Source: a virus. Taken from it: a stretch of DNA of 36,823 nucleotides. The DNA lies in the IMG/VR virus record IMGVR_UViG_3300009083_000001, positions 1 through 36,823 of that record. One strand, given 5' to 3'. The notes beneath the pieces are model-generated. The model made no database searches and was not told the DNA's origin. It worked only from the letters and a program-made list of their open reading frames with translations. Every line of letters starts with the position of its first letter. The first letter of the stretch is position 1. The position numbers and the translations under genes were made by a program. Positions 19,312-26,302 of this stretch are shown piece by piece.

Positions 19312-19800
19312 TTATTTGCTGATCCACTGAATGTCGATTTCGATGGTACCTGCTGTGAGGCCGTCGAAATCTGGCGTGTTACCGAAGTCGACCTTGACTC
19401 CGATGTTGCCGTTCGCTCCAACTTCCACAGCCGTCTCTATTGTGGTTGCGATGAGCGCGCTTTCTTGGCATTGGCGAGTGACCAGCGTATTGGTCGCCGA
19501 GTAGCACTTAGCCACCATTTGCACGATCTTTGAGCATTGACCTTGCATGTTGATCAGCATGCCTATGGTGTCCGCACCCATTGACGTTGCGTCAAATTGA
19601 GCTGCAGTAAACTCGTCGACAGTGCCTAGGAATGAATTGATTGTGTCTTGCGTGAGGGCTGCGTAGGTGATGAGAGTGGCGGAGTTGCTGATCACGGGGA
19701 CTGAGGTTGCAGCGGCGGTGATGTTATAGACAATCTTTAGGTCACGAGGGATTACTTTGCCAAACTGGTCTTGCCAGTAAAATAAACTCGTCGAAGTCAT
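19312..19800 (-). CDS. Hypothetical head-module protein (possible decoration protein by position)
   Basis: 162-aa ORF between the scaffold-like and capsid genes, the same slot as lambda D relative to E. No motif recognised. Confidence 0.35.
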   Translation of the reverse strand: MTSTSLFYWQDQFGKVIPRDLKIVYNITAAATSVPVISNSATLITYAALTQDTINSFLGTVDEFTAAQFDATSMGADTIGMLINMQGQCSKIVQMVAKCYSATNTLVTRQCQESALIATTIETAVEVGANGNIGVKVDFGNTPDFDGLTAGTIEIDIQWISK

Positions 19801-19809
19801 TTATAGCCT

Positions 19810-20694
19810 CTATTTTTTCATGATTTTTTTTTCCATGTGCTTGTAGAACTGGTCGACGGTTATAGGCTCTTTGGGCTTTCTAACGACGTCGTCAGACACA
19901 CGCACACGCCTTTGTTGCTTGCCGTCGAGGACTTGGCCGACTTCGTAGTTACGAAGCCTGTCGAGAACCTCTTTCGGGAGGATTTGGACCAACTTCTCTA
20001 CTGCGATTTGGGGAAGGTACTCGGCGATATCTCGGTGGATACCAGCGATGGCCTTCTCCTTGGCCTGAGCAGCAGGGATTTTGCGATTGCCGCCGTTAAT
20101 TCCGGCTTCAATCTCGTCCAGGATCCTGAGAACAAGACGCGGCGTGGGCTTTTTGCCATCCGCCTTGAGGGCTTCCGATATATCGGCGTTCAACTCGTCG
20201 TGCGCTTTCTGCACTTGGAGAGAATAGGCGTGTTTCTTCTGCTCTTCTTTCTCGCTCTCACGCTCATGCTCTAGCTTTGTGGCTCTCGCCTCGGCTGCGC
20301 GTGCGCGCTTTTCTGACTCGGGGAGTTGCTCAAATTCCAGCTGTTCAATGAGGTAGCCTTCAAAGACCGCGCGGGCCTTATCGGCGCCTAGCTTTTGGAC
20401 GAGCCAGTTAACGTCTCCACTTGCCAGCTTAGATTCGATCTCGGCAGCGCCGCGTTGCGCCGTTTCAGCTTGCTGCTCCTTGCGAATGGCTTCTCTGAAG
20501 CGTTCGTCGGAAGCTTTAGCTTTCTGGTAGCCGCGCTTGAGTTCGTCGTAGTCGACTTCCTCGTCTCTGCCGGAAACCTTCACCTTATGTTTAGAGCCCG
20601 TAAAATCTAGCGCATTTGGCGATTTAGATCCTTCAGGCCCAGAAACGGAAATAGCAGTAGCCGCATTAGCGGCTGGGGCTTGCGCCTCAGTCAT
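19810..20694 (-). CDS. Scaffolding-like protein
   Basis: 294 aa, highly charged E/K/A-rich with helical character, upstream of the capsid gene. Confidence 0.5.
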   Translation of the reverse strand: MTEAQAPAANAATAISVSGPEGSKSPNALDFTGSKHKVKVSGRDEEVDYDELKRGYQKAKASDERFREAIRKEQQAETAQRGAAEIESKLASGDVNWLVQKLGADKARAVFEGYLIEQLEFEQLPESEKRARAAEARATKLEHERESEKEEQKKHAYSLQVQKAHDELNADISEALKADGKKPTPRLVLRILDEIEAGINGGNRKIPAAQAKEKAIAGIHRDIAEYLPQIAVEKLVQILPKEVLDRLRNYEVGQVLDGKQQRRVRVSDDVVRKPKEPITVDQFYKHMEKKIMKK

Positions 20695-20761
20695 AACGCC
20701 TCGCCTATTGGTGGAGGTATGGGGGATTATGCGAAAAGTGAATACTAAGAAGAGATACTAA

Positions 20762-21139
20762 TCAGAATAATAATACAAGAGAAACATCGAAGGTGCCAGC
20801 TGGTGCCCCGGTCAGTCCCGCCTTAACGGTCAACTTACCAGCGTCGTTATACCACCAAGCAAGTGAGTCGATCCCTGTCGTTTGGCTTACAACGCGTATC
20901 GGTATGATCCCCACGACAACTTTAGAGGCCGACACAATTTGGTCGGTGGCGTGTTTGAGAGTGACCGTCTTAAGATCGCATGCGAAGTTGTCGGAGAAGG
21001 TAAGACCGCCGCGTAGGCTTCTCACGCTCTGCTCTACGAAGTCTGCCATATAATTGAAGAAATCAGGTATCTGCTGGCCGACTGTCGTGCTCATGATCTT
21101 GCTTGTCTCGAGCAGTCGCGTCACTGTGAACTTGGACAT
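20762..21139 (-). CDS. Hypothetical protein (head module)
   Basis: The track ORF 20762-21151 starts at TTG. I prefer the ATG at 21139 (MSKFTVTRLLE...). It overlaps the preceding 88-aa ORF. Confidence 0.5.
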   Translation of the reverse strand: MSKFTVTRLLETSKIMSTTVGQQIPDFFNYMADFVEQSVRSLRGGLTFSDNFACDLKTVTLKHATDQIVSASKVVVGIIPIRVVSQTTGIDSLAWWYNDAGKLTVKAGLTGAPAGTFDVSLVLLF

Positions 21140-21329
21140 CCCTGGCCCCAACTTCGAAGGTTTTTTCGTTCAGTCCCTGCATAAAATCGGCGTAGCGTTT
21201 TGCGTAAAGACCAGTCTCAAGCGCCTTAGCTATCTGCAGCTCCCACCCAGGCTTACCTCGCGTCATATGTTCCCCAGTTAGCTCCTCAACTGCTTTCTCA
21301 ATCTTTGTCAACGCAGCTTCATCCAGCAA
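21063..21329 (-). CDS. Hypothetical protein
   Basis: 88-aa ORF, start overlapping the end of the upstream ORF. Its 3' end overlaps the next ORF by ~77 nt. Confidence 0.45.
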   Translation of the reverse strand: MLDEAALTKIEKAVEELTGEHMTRGKPGWELQIAKALETGLYAKRYADFMQGLNEKTFEVGARDVQVHSDATARDKQDHEHDSRPADT

Positions 21330-21546
21330 GTTTAGTTCCTCCAGGAAGATCGATATCGTACCAACTCTTCATGCGCTTTCTTAAACGCACGAGGATGCGT
21401 GCAAACTCCCAAGCCATCTTCTCTGGGGGAAGCTTGAAGGTGTAAAGCGGGACTCTTTCTCTCACCTCACGGCCATGGTAGGCAATCTTTGCGTACCTGA
21501 CAACACCTTGCGTATCAAGGGTTACAAGGGGATCATCCGCGATCAT
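21319..21546 (-). CDS. Hypothetical protein
   Basis: 75-aa ORF. Its start overlaps the TerL stop. Confidence 0.5.
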   Translation of the reverse strand: MIADDPLVTLDTQGVVRYAKIAYHGREVRERVPLYTFKLPPEKMAWEFARILVRLRKRMKSWYDIDLPGGTKLAG

Positions 21547-22994
21547 TTCCCAAACTTTCTCATCCCCTTCGGAGATGCCAGCTTCAGTGTCGGCACAATG
21601 TCTGGCTGCTTTGGTACTGGTTTAACCCAGTGCCAATCATGACTGCGAATCTGCTCGCTATACGGACTGGACCTATCCAAAGCCCGGTTCCCATACATCA
21701 GCGTTGCCACAGCGTCCATGTGTCCTAGTGTCGATGTTCTATCGAAGTCTGTTCTATTTTTATTTAAAACTCCAGACTGACATGTCTGGATCGCCAACTT
21801 GCATCTTGGGTGCAGCTTCATCTTTCTTTGCGTAAACCTGTTTGCCAAGTTGTTGATGGAAGCCTCCCAGTCGGACTTTGGTGGCAATGTTATCTGATAG
21901 TTATGCGTTGATTTTAGATCTACTTGGAGCTGACCAGGCACGTCAGCATAGTGCCTTTTTACAGCCGCCATATTGCCGCCAAGAGCCCTTAAGTAATGAG
22001 TCGGCTCTTCGATTCCCCACCTGTCTCTGATGGTCCTAACGATGTCCTCAGTTGGTGTGTTGTGGGGAAACCAGAGCTCGTCAATTACTAAGTCTCTGCC
22101 GGCAAGGAAGTCGTATCCCATAAGAAGTGCAACAGTGAGGTCCCTCACGCCGCCCCAGTCGATATAGACTTCTAGGTTGATAACTCTTGGAACTTCAAAG
22201 GCCTCAACGTCTGTGGCTTTGTTGAAGTCAGGAATGATGACTACCGACCTGTCCCTAATAATCTGGCAGAGATACTCCCGCTTAAAGTCGTCCGTATGCC
22301 TACCGCCAGAACGCCTAACACAAGCCTCATACTGCTCTGCGGTCAGCTGCTTATTGTCATCGATGGTGTAGACGTAAAGGCAGCCATTGAGCTCCGCCTT
22401 GGCCATGGTTTCGAGTATGAACGGATGGTCTGGAACCTTTGGGAGCGTAGTGAGGAAGATCATCTTGCCAGCGTCAGAGTGGGTAAGAGCCGGGCCTAAG
22501 TCAGAGCGCATCGACTCCAGGTAGTGATCCGGGTGCGAGTCAACCACCTCTTCGATGTAGATGTTCTGAACTGTCTTGCCGCGCTGTGACGAGCTATTGA
22601 TGTCAAAGCCACCAATCACCAGCTCTGAGTCACCAATTAGCCATTTTTTTTCAGACTTTAGACGCTTCACCATCCCCGGTGGGGCATCTGCAATAATCTT
22701 CTCAAGCCTCGGCACCACGATGTCACGGCACTGCTCATAGGTAGGACCGACAATTAGGATGCAACTATTAGGGAAGCGGATGCAGTCCTCAGCGGCCATG
22801 AGGACACCAAGATGCGACTTCCCGTACTGCCTGGCTAGCAGCAGGACCGGCTCGTCGACATTGCGCGGCAGAGACCTGATGGAGTTATAGATAGAGAATT
22901 GCTGAGGCCAAAGCTTCCACTGGAGAATCCCGACCCCCCAGAGGGCGTCTCTAGCCTCTTGGGGCAGGACTTCATCCATTGCTAGATCGAGCAA
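21543..22994 (-). CDS. terL: Terminase large subunit
   Basis: 483 aa. Walker-A-like LLARQYGKSH, Walker-B-like IYIEEV, and a C-terminal nuclease-like half. Preceded by a small DNA-binding-type ORF. Confidence 0.85.
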   Translation of the reverse strand: MLDLAMDEVLPQEARDALWGVGILQWKLWPQQFSIYNSIRSLPRNVDEPVLLLARQYGKSHLGVLMAAEDCIRFPNSCILIVGPTYEQCRDIVVPRLEKIIADAPPGMVKRLKSEKKWLIGDSELVIGGFDINSSSQRGKTVQNIYIEEVVDSHPDHYLESMRSDLGPALTHSDAGKMIFLTTLPKVPDHPFILETMAKAELNGCLYVYTIDDNKQLTAEQYEACVRRSGGRHTDDFKREYLCQIIRDRSVVIIPDFNKATDVEAFEVPRVINLEVYIDWGGVRDLTVALLMGYDFLAGRDLVIDELWFPHNTPTEDIVRTIRDRWGIEEPTHYLRALGGNMAAVKRHYADVPGQLQVDLKSTHNYQITLPPKSDWEASINNLANRFTQRKMKLHPRCKLAIQTCQSGVLNKNRTDFDRTSTLGHMDAVATLMYGNRALDRSSPYSEQIRSHDWHWVKPVPKQPDIVPTLKLASPKGMRKFGK

Positions 22995-23280
22995 GCTTAC
23001 AAAGAGCAGCTATGTTTTCGGCACTCACTGTCAGCGGTCTATCCGCATCTCCTTGCAGCTCCACGCTCTTCAGTTGCGGAAAGCAGTAGGACATAACCTG
23101 CATCCAGCCCTGGAGTTTCTTGCTATCGCTGATGTCACCGTGCTCGAGCAGAGCGAGGATCTTCTCGACGGGATTGATGTCTTTGGAGATCAACTGGTCG
23201 ATCACCTTTAGGCTCGACTTGTTGGGCGTGCCCGCCTTCCGCCCAGCTTCCGGATGCCTTGGCATTCCTTCCTTGAACAT
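22972..23280 (-). CDS. Putative terminase small subunit / DNA-binding protein
   Basis: 102 aa with an N-terminal basic motif (GRKAGTPNKSS). Overlaps the terL start. Confidence 0.4.
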   Translation of the reverse strand: MFKEGMPRHPEAGRKAGTPNKSSLKVIDQLISKDINPVEKILALLEHGDISDSKKLQGWMQVMSYCFPQLKSVELQGDADRPLTVSAENIAALCKLARSSNG

Positions 23281-23292
23281 ATTACATACCCA

Positions 23293-23535
23293 TCACTTTA
23301 ATGGTCGATGGCCCGACTTGATGATCATCTCATGCGCCGACACCTTGTCGGAGATCCCCCGGAACTGTTCAACGGTCGAGTTGTGAAGCGAGGCAAGCTT
23401 GGCAGCTTCAGCCTTCAGCTCTTCTTGGAACTTGATGATGCTAGCCATCGCAGCCTTACGATGAATCATATCAAATCCCACCACTCCAGCGGTTAATCCT
23501 GTAACAAGACTCATTAGTGCGAGTGCTATTTCCAT
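23293..23535 (-). CDS. Small membrane protein (N-terminal TM helix plus helical tail)
   Basis: 80 aa. MEIALALMSLVTGLTAGVVGF is followed by a coiled-coil-like segment. It is the first gene of the minus-strand late block. Confidence 0.55.
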   Translation of the reverse strand: MEIALALMSLVTGLTAGVVGFDMIHRKAAMASIIKFQEELKAEAAKLASLHNSTVEQFRGISDKVSAHEMIIKSGHRPLK

Positions 23536-23643
23536 CAGTTGAAATGCCTTCAGGTAGATTGAATTAATTAATTATTGATATAGCATATAAATATATCGTA
23601 CCAGTAACGCGGTAGCTTTAACCCATAGACGCGGAGAAACACC
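23536..23643. promoter_or_regulatory. AT-rich divergent intergenic region (probable divergent promoters)
   Basis: Lies between divergently oriented genes. Contains TTGAAT / TTGATA and several TATAAA/TATAT hexamers and a TTAATTAATTAA palindrome. No single unambiguous -35/-10 pair. Confidence 0.4.
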
Positions 23644-23859
23644 ATGGCCAAAGCCAAACGCAAGACCAAGAAAAAGACTAAGAAAAAGACCAAGAAGGTG
23701 CGAGCCAACGCAATTAAAACAGCTGCTACCCGCAAGGGCGCCTCTGTCAAGGCACCCCCTACAGCGGTTAAGAAAGCCCGCAAAAAGAAGGCGAAGACAG
23801 GCAAAAAGAAAGCTGCTAAACGCGGCAGGCCTAAAGCGAAAGCTGAGTTTGAATTTTAA
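23644..23859 (+). CDS. Lysine-rich histone-H1-like DNA-binding protein with AT-hook core (KRGRPKAK)
   Basis: 71 aa, more than 40% K/R (KRKTKKKTKKKTKK..., KKARKKKAKTGKKKAAKRGRPKAKA). GGAG lies 7 nt upstream of the ATG. An intrinsic terminator follows directly. Confidence 0.75.
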   Translation: MAKAKRKTKKKTKKKTKKVRANAIKTAATRKGASVKAPPTAVKKARKKKAKTGKKKAAKRGRPKAKAEFEF

Positions 23860-23864
23860 AGTAT

Positions 23865-23892
23865 AGCCCTGGCCTCCCGGGGCTTTCTTTTT
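23865..23892 (+). terminator. Rho-independent terminator
   Basis: AGCCCTGG-CCTC-CCGGGGCT, an 8-bp stem with one G-U pair, followed by TTCTTTTT. Confidence 0.7.
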
Positions 23893-23921
23893 GCAGACTA
23901 ATACCTGCCAAGGAGGTCAAA

Positions 23922-24110
23922 ATGGAATGTGATGACTGCCCTATCTGTGACGCGAGACTGACGGTCTACCAGGGGCCTGGGGATCGCGGTCCTGTCTTTT
24001 ACTGCTTTCGGTGCAACACCAGGTATCCAGAGATGGTGGTTCCTATCAACGTGTTGCCGCTATTCCGGTACCAGAGTCGGGAGGCTGTGGGGACGTTGTG
24101 GCTTTGTTGA
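23922..24110 (+). CDS. Small zinc-ribbon protein
   Basis: 62 aa with CxxC (CDDCPIC) and CxxC (CFRC). GGAGG upstream. Confidence 0.6.
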   Translation: MECDDCPICDARLTVYQGPGDRGPVFYCFRCNTRYPEMVVPINVLPLFRYQSREAVGTLWLC

Positions 24111-24171
24111 GGGCAATCGGCCCTATTCTTAATCCCCTCATCCCCTCATCCCAAAATATTGCGAGGTGACT

Positions 24172-24564
24172 ATGCTCACGAAGCACTTCTCTTTAGAGGA
24201 AATCCAGTGCAAGTGTCTGAACCTCGCGTGTCCCGGCAAAAAAGCCGAGGCATTTGAAATAGATACGCTCTTTAGGCTGCAGGCCTTCCGGGATCTATAC
24301 GGCAAGCCGATGCGAATCTCTTCAGGAGCTCGCTGCATCACACACAACCTCGAGGTCGGAGGAGTGATCAGCAGCTTCCACGTCGTGAAGATCGAGACTG
24401 GGGTGAAGTGCCAGGCCTATGATATTGGGACGGCGTCGGCTAAGGAGAGATATGCCCTGGTCCAGCTGGCTCAGAGGATCGGCTTTAAGGGAATCGGAAT
24501 TGCCGAGACCTTTGTGCATGTTGATACGAGAGACGGCGAGGCAAAGCTCTGGAGCTACAAATGA
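24172..24564 (+). CDS. Endolysin, peptidase M15 family (D-Ala-D-Ala carboxypeptidase-like)
   Basis: Motifs SGARCITHNLEVGGVISSFH, AYDI and FVHVD match the Zn-binding H/D/H signature of the M15 family. I prefer the ATG at 24172, which is 5 nt after GAGG, over the track's GTG at 24166. Confidence 0.8.
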   Translation: MLTKHFSLEEIQCKCLNLACPGKKAEAFEIDTLFRLQAFRDLYGKPMRISSGARCITHNLEVGGVISSFHVVKIETGVKCQAYDIGTASAKERYALVQLAQRIGFKGIGIAETFVHVDTRDGEAKLWSYK

Positions 24565-24707
24565 AAAAAGGCCCCCAGTTAAAACCAGAGGCCCCGGAAG
24601 AGATGAAAGATTTGCTAGGAGAAACTAGCACAGAACGGACTTCGGCCCTAGCGGCTCTCTGTGAGGTCCGACTGCTGCGCTGCTTTGTGGGGATGAAATT
24701 ATTCTAG
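24561..24707 (+). CDS. Candidate 48-aa ORF translationally coupled to the endolysin (ATGA overlap)
   Basis: MKKGPQLKPEAPEEMKDLLGETSTERTSALAALCEVRLLRCFVGMKLF. Below the 60-aa track cutoff and without a TM segment. The only support is the ATGA coupling. Confidence 0.3.
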   Translation: MKKGPQLKPEAPEEMKDLLGETSTERTSALAALCEVRLLRCFVGMKLF

Positions 24708-24872
24708 CACAAAATGTTGCGCGCCACTTGCTTGCCGGCAAAGAACATCCGTGGCAAGCCTCCCCAGCCTCTTTCGGGCGGACCAGAACAGATCTTTAGC
24801 GAAGACTTCGGCCGTGGGCTTTAGGAACCTATGGCCTGCCATGGCTTGCTCGACCACCGGGTTTATCGGCAA
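24699..24872 (-). CDS. Candidate 57-aa ORF (TTG start 9 nt after AAGGAG)
   Basis: LPINPVVEQAMAGHRFLKPTAEVFAKDLFWSARKRLGRLATDVLCRQASGAQHFVLE. Below the track cutoff. Sits in an otherwise ORF-free 440-bp gap. Confidence 0.25.
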   Translation of the reverse strand: MPINPVVEQAMAGHRFLKPTAEVFAKDLFWSARKRLGRLATDVLCRQASGAQHFVLE

Positions 24873-25007
24873 GTCGGCTATCTCCTTACCTTTGGTTGGC
24901 AGTCTCTTCTGAAGCTCGACTGAACGCGCTAGCCTCCAGGCGCCTATGAATCGTCATGAACGCCGCGCAGCGATTAAGCGGACCCGTCTTAACCGAAAGG
25001 AAAAATA

Positions 25008-25439
25008 ATGGACGTCGTCGTTCCGCCGCGTGACGAGAAGAGCGTGATCATGGTGTGCGGTGTGCCCGGTTCGGGAAAGAGCTGGGTGTGCGAGCAGCTG
25101 AAAGACAAATTCACCTACGTGAGCCACGACGACTACATTGGAAAGTCACTTGTTGATGCGACGATAGCGGCAACGGCTGACGGCAAAACAGTTCTGATCG
25201 ACTGTCCATTCGCGGAAAGAGTGTTGAGGGATGAGCTTATAAAAAGAGGCGTGACGGTTAAGCCTTATTTCATTGTCGAACCCTTAACGGTAGTCGAAGC
25301 TAGGTACTTAAAAAGAGACGGCAAGGCGCTTCCCAAGGCGTCGGCGACGAGAGCCTCGACAATCGTGAATAGAGCGGTTGAGTGGGGAAGTCCGTATGGC
25401 AAGAGCGACGTGATTTTAAAGGCGCTGAGGAGTCTATGA
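25008..25439 (+). CDS. P-loop NTPase / kinase-like protein
   Basis: 143 aa with Walker A GVPGSGKS near the N-terminus. Size and layout resemble small nucleotide or dNMP kinases. Confidence 0.6.
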   Translation: MDVVVPPRDEKSVIMVCGVPGSGKSWVCEQLKDKFTYVSHDDYIGKSLVDATIAATADGKTVLIDCPFAERVLRDELIKRGVTVKPYFIVEPLTVVEARYLKRDGKALPKASATRASTIVNRAVEWGSPYGKSDVILKALRSL

Positions 25440-25687
25440 CTTCAGGGTGGGAAAAATTTGACGCGTCTCCGATAGAAGTATTCCACGGTGAAGTGCTAGC
25501 CGCCTTCCATAAGAAGGCGTCTAACGGCCTTATCAATGGCGGTCAGTTCAATGACCTGATCGCTGAGTTTAAGCGTAAAATCATGAAGGAGTACGGGATC
25601 AGCGGTGCGGTAAAGAGCTGGGAGACCACAAGTCAAAAACTCTTCACCGCCCCTACGGTGGACTTTATAGCGACCAGTGGCAGTTAG
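25436..25687 (+). CDS. Hypothetical protein
   Basis: ATG at 25436 overlaps the upstream stop (ATGA) and follows GAGG. 83 aa. The track's longer version starts inside the previous gene. Confidence 0.55.
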   Translation: MTSGWEKFDASPIEVFHGEVLAAFHKKASNGLINGGQFNDLIAEFKRKIMKEYGISGAVKSWETTSQKLFTAPTVDFIATSGS

Positions 25688-25718
25688 AGGGCGAGCTGCC
25701 TGACGTTATCCACAGACT

Positions 25719-26024
25719 CTAAACCCCCCGAATGCCCCTGCCCCTGCTCCTGCTCCCGCTCCTGCTCCCGCTCCATCTCCAGCTCCTGCTCATGCTCCCG
25801 CTCCAGCTCCTGCTCATGCTCCCGCCCCAGCTCCTGCTCCTGCTCATGCTCCCGCCCCAGCTCCCGCTCTTGCTCCAGCTCCAGCTCTTGCTCGCGCTCC
25901 AGCTCCAGCTCTTGCTCGCGCTCCTGCTCCTGCTCACGCTCCCGCCCCAGCTCCCGCTCGCGCTCCCGCTCCTGCTCCTGCTCCCGCTCCAATCAGAGTA
26001 CCCGGACAACAAAGCTGCGTTCAT
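25719..26024 (-). CDS. Basic Trp-rich (Ser-X)n dipeptide-repeat protein, copy 1
   Basis: 101 aa, MNAALLSGYSDWSGS followed by ...SRSRSGSASGSWGGS..KSWSWS..SRSWRWSGSRSGSRSRGRG. The first 15 aa and the upstream RBS region are identical to copy 2. This is the only frame open in both copies. Confidence 0.6.
   Translation of the reverse strand: MNAALLSGYSDWSGSRSRSGSASGSWGGSVSRSRSASKSWSWSASKSWSWSKSGSWGGSMSRSRSWGGSMSRSWSGSMSRSWRWSGSRSGSRSRGRGIRGV
25733..25990. repeat. Hexanucleotide-periodic array (plus strand GCTCNN; minus strand AGC-NNG)
   Basis: Direct reading: ctcctgctcccgctccagctcatgctc... Several frames are open because of the composition. Confidence 0.9.
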
Positions 26025-26135
26025 TTTGGGGTCCTTGGAAGCGCGATATTATTTGGCCAATCAACTGCATCAATAATGGCGCCGCGAATGAGGCGCTTGT
26101 CGTTGTGCGGGTCAGATGTCATTCAATTCTCCCCT
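26025..26135 (-). pseudogene. Duplication/deletion scar made of two gene fragments
   Basis: 25979-26086 matches 26568-26675 (108 bp, 1 mismatch); this is the 3' end of a copy of the 198-aa gene. 26087-26133 is identical to 27318-27364 (47 bp); this is the last 5 codons plus 3' flank of a copy of the 121-aa gene. The two blocks abut directly. Confidence 0.8.
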
Positions 26136-26155
26136 CCCTAAGCCCGCTTGCGTCT

Positions 26156-26302
26156 TCACTGATCATCCTTAATCTTATTCATCCCGCAATTCTCGCACCG
26201 CACCAAAAGCACAAAGTGATTTCCGTAATTCCGAAACACTGTTTCTTCGATTTCGTGTCCGAGGAAAAAACAGCGTATTCTTCTAAAGATTCTGGAAATC
26301 AT
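26156..26302 (-). CDS. Candidate 48-aa Cys/His-containing ORF coupled to the repeat gene (ATGA overlap)
   Basis: MISRIFRRIRCFFLGHEIEETVFRNYGNHFVLLVRCENCGMNKIKDDQ. Translated by hand. The ATG at 26302 overlaps the TGA of ORF 26299-26613. Below the track cutoff. Confidence 0.35.
   Translation of the reverse strand: MISRIFRRIRCFFLGHEIEETVFRNYGNHFVLLVRCENCGMNKIKDDQ

Noticed and set aside
21063-21151. The 77-89-nt overlap between the 88-aa and 125/129-aa ORFs might be a programmed frameshift site (an A6 run at ~21161-21166).
   Set aside because: The downstream ORF is in the +1 frame. The A-run does not form an X XXY YYZ heptamer in the zero frame, and a -1 slip there soon hits a stop. Simple overlap or a later start is more likely.
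23568-23804. A hydrophobic 78-aa minus-strand ORF lies antisense to the Lys-rich gene.
   Set aside because: It is a mirror-image artefact of AAG/AAA-rich coding sequence, which reads as Phe/Leu codons on the opposite strand. It has no RBS, whereas the plus-strand gene has GGAG, a promoter-like region and a terminator.
24565-24600. A possible terminator after the endolysin (AAAAAAGGCCCCC...GAGGCCCCGG).
   Set aside because: The two GGCCCC blocks are direct repeats, not inverted. Only a 4-bp GGCC pairing is possible and there is no T-tract.
25684-26076. Alternative ORFs lie over array 1 and array 2: a Glu-X frame (25684-25992, minus) and Leu/Pro-rich plus-strand frames (25732-26076 and 26105-26665).
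   Set aside because: The Glu-X frame has an in-frame TAG in the second array, so it is not conserved between paralogues. The plus-strand frames run antisense through the conserved 3' end of the 198-aa gene and lack coupled starts. Open frames are expected from this composition.
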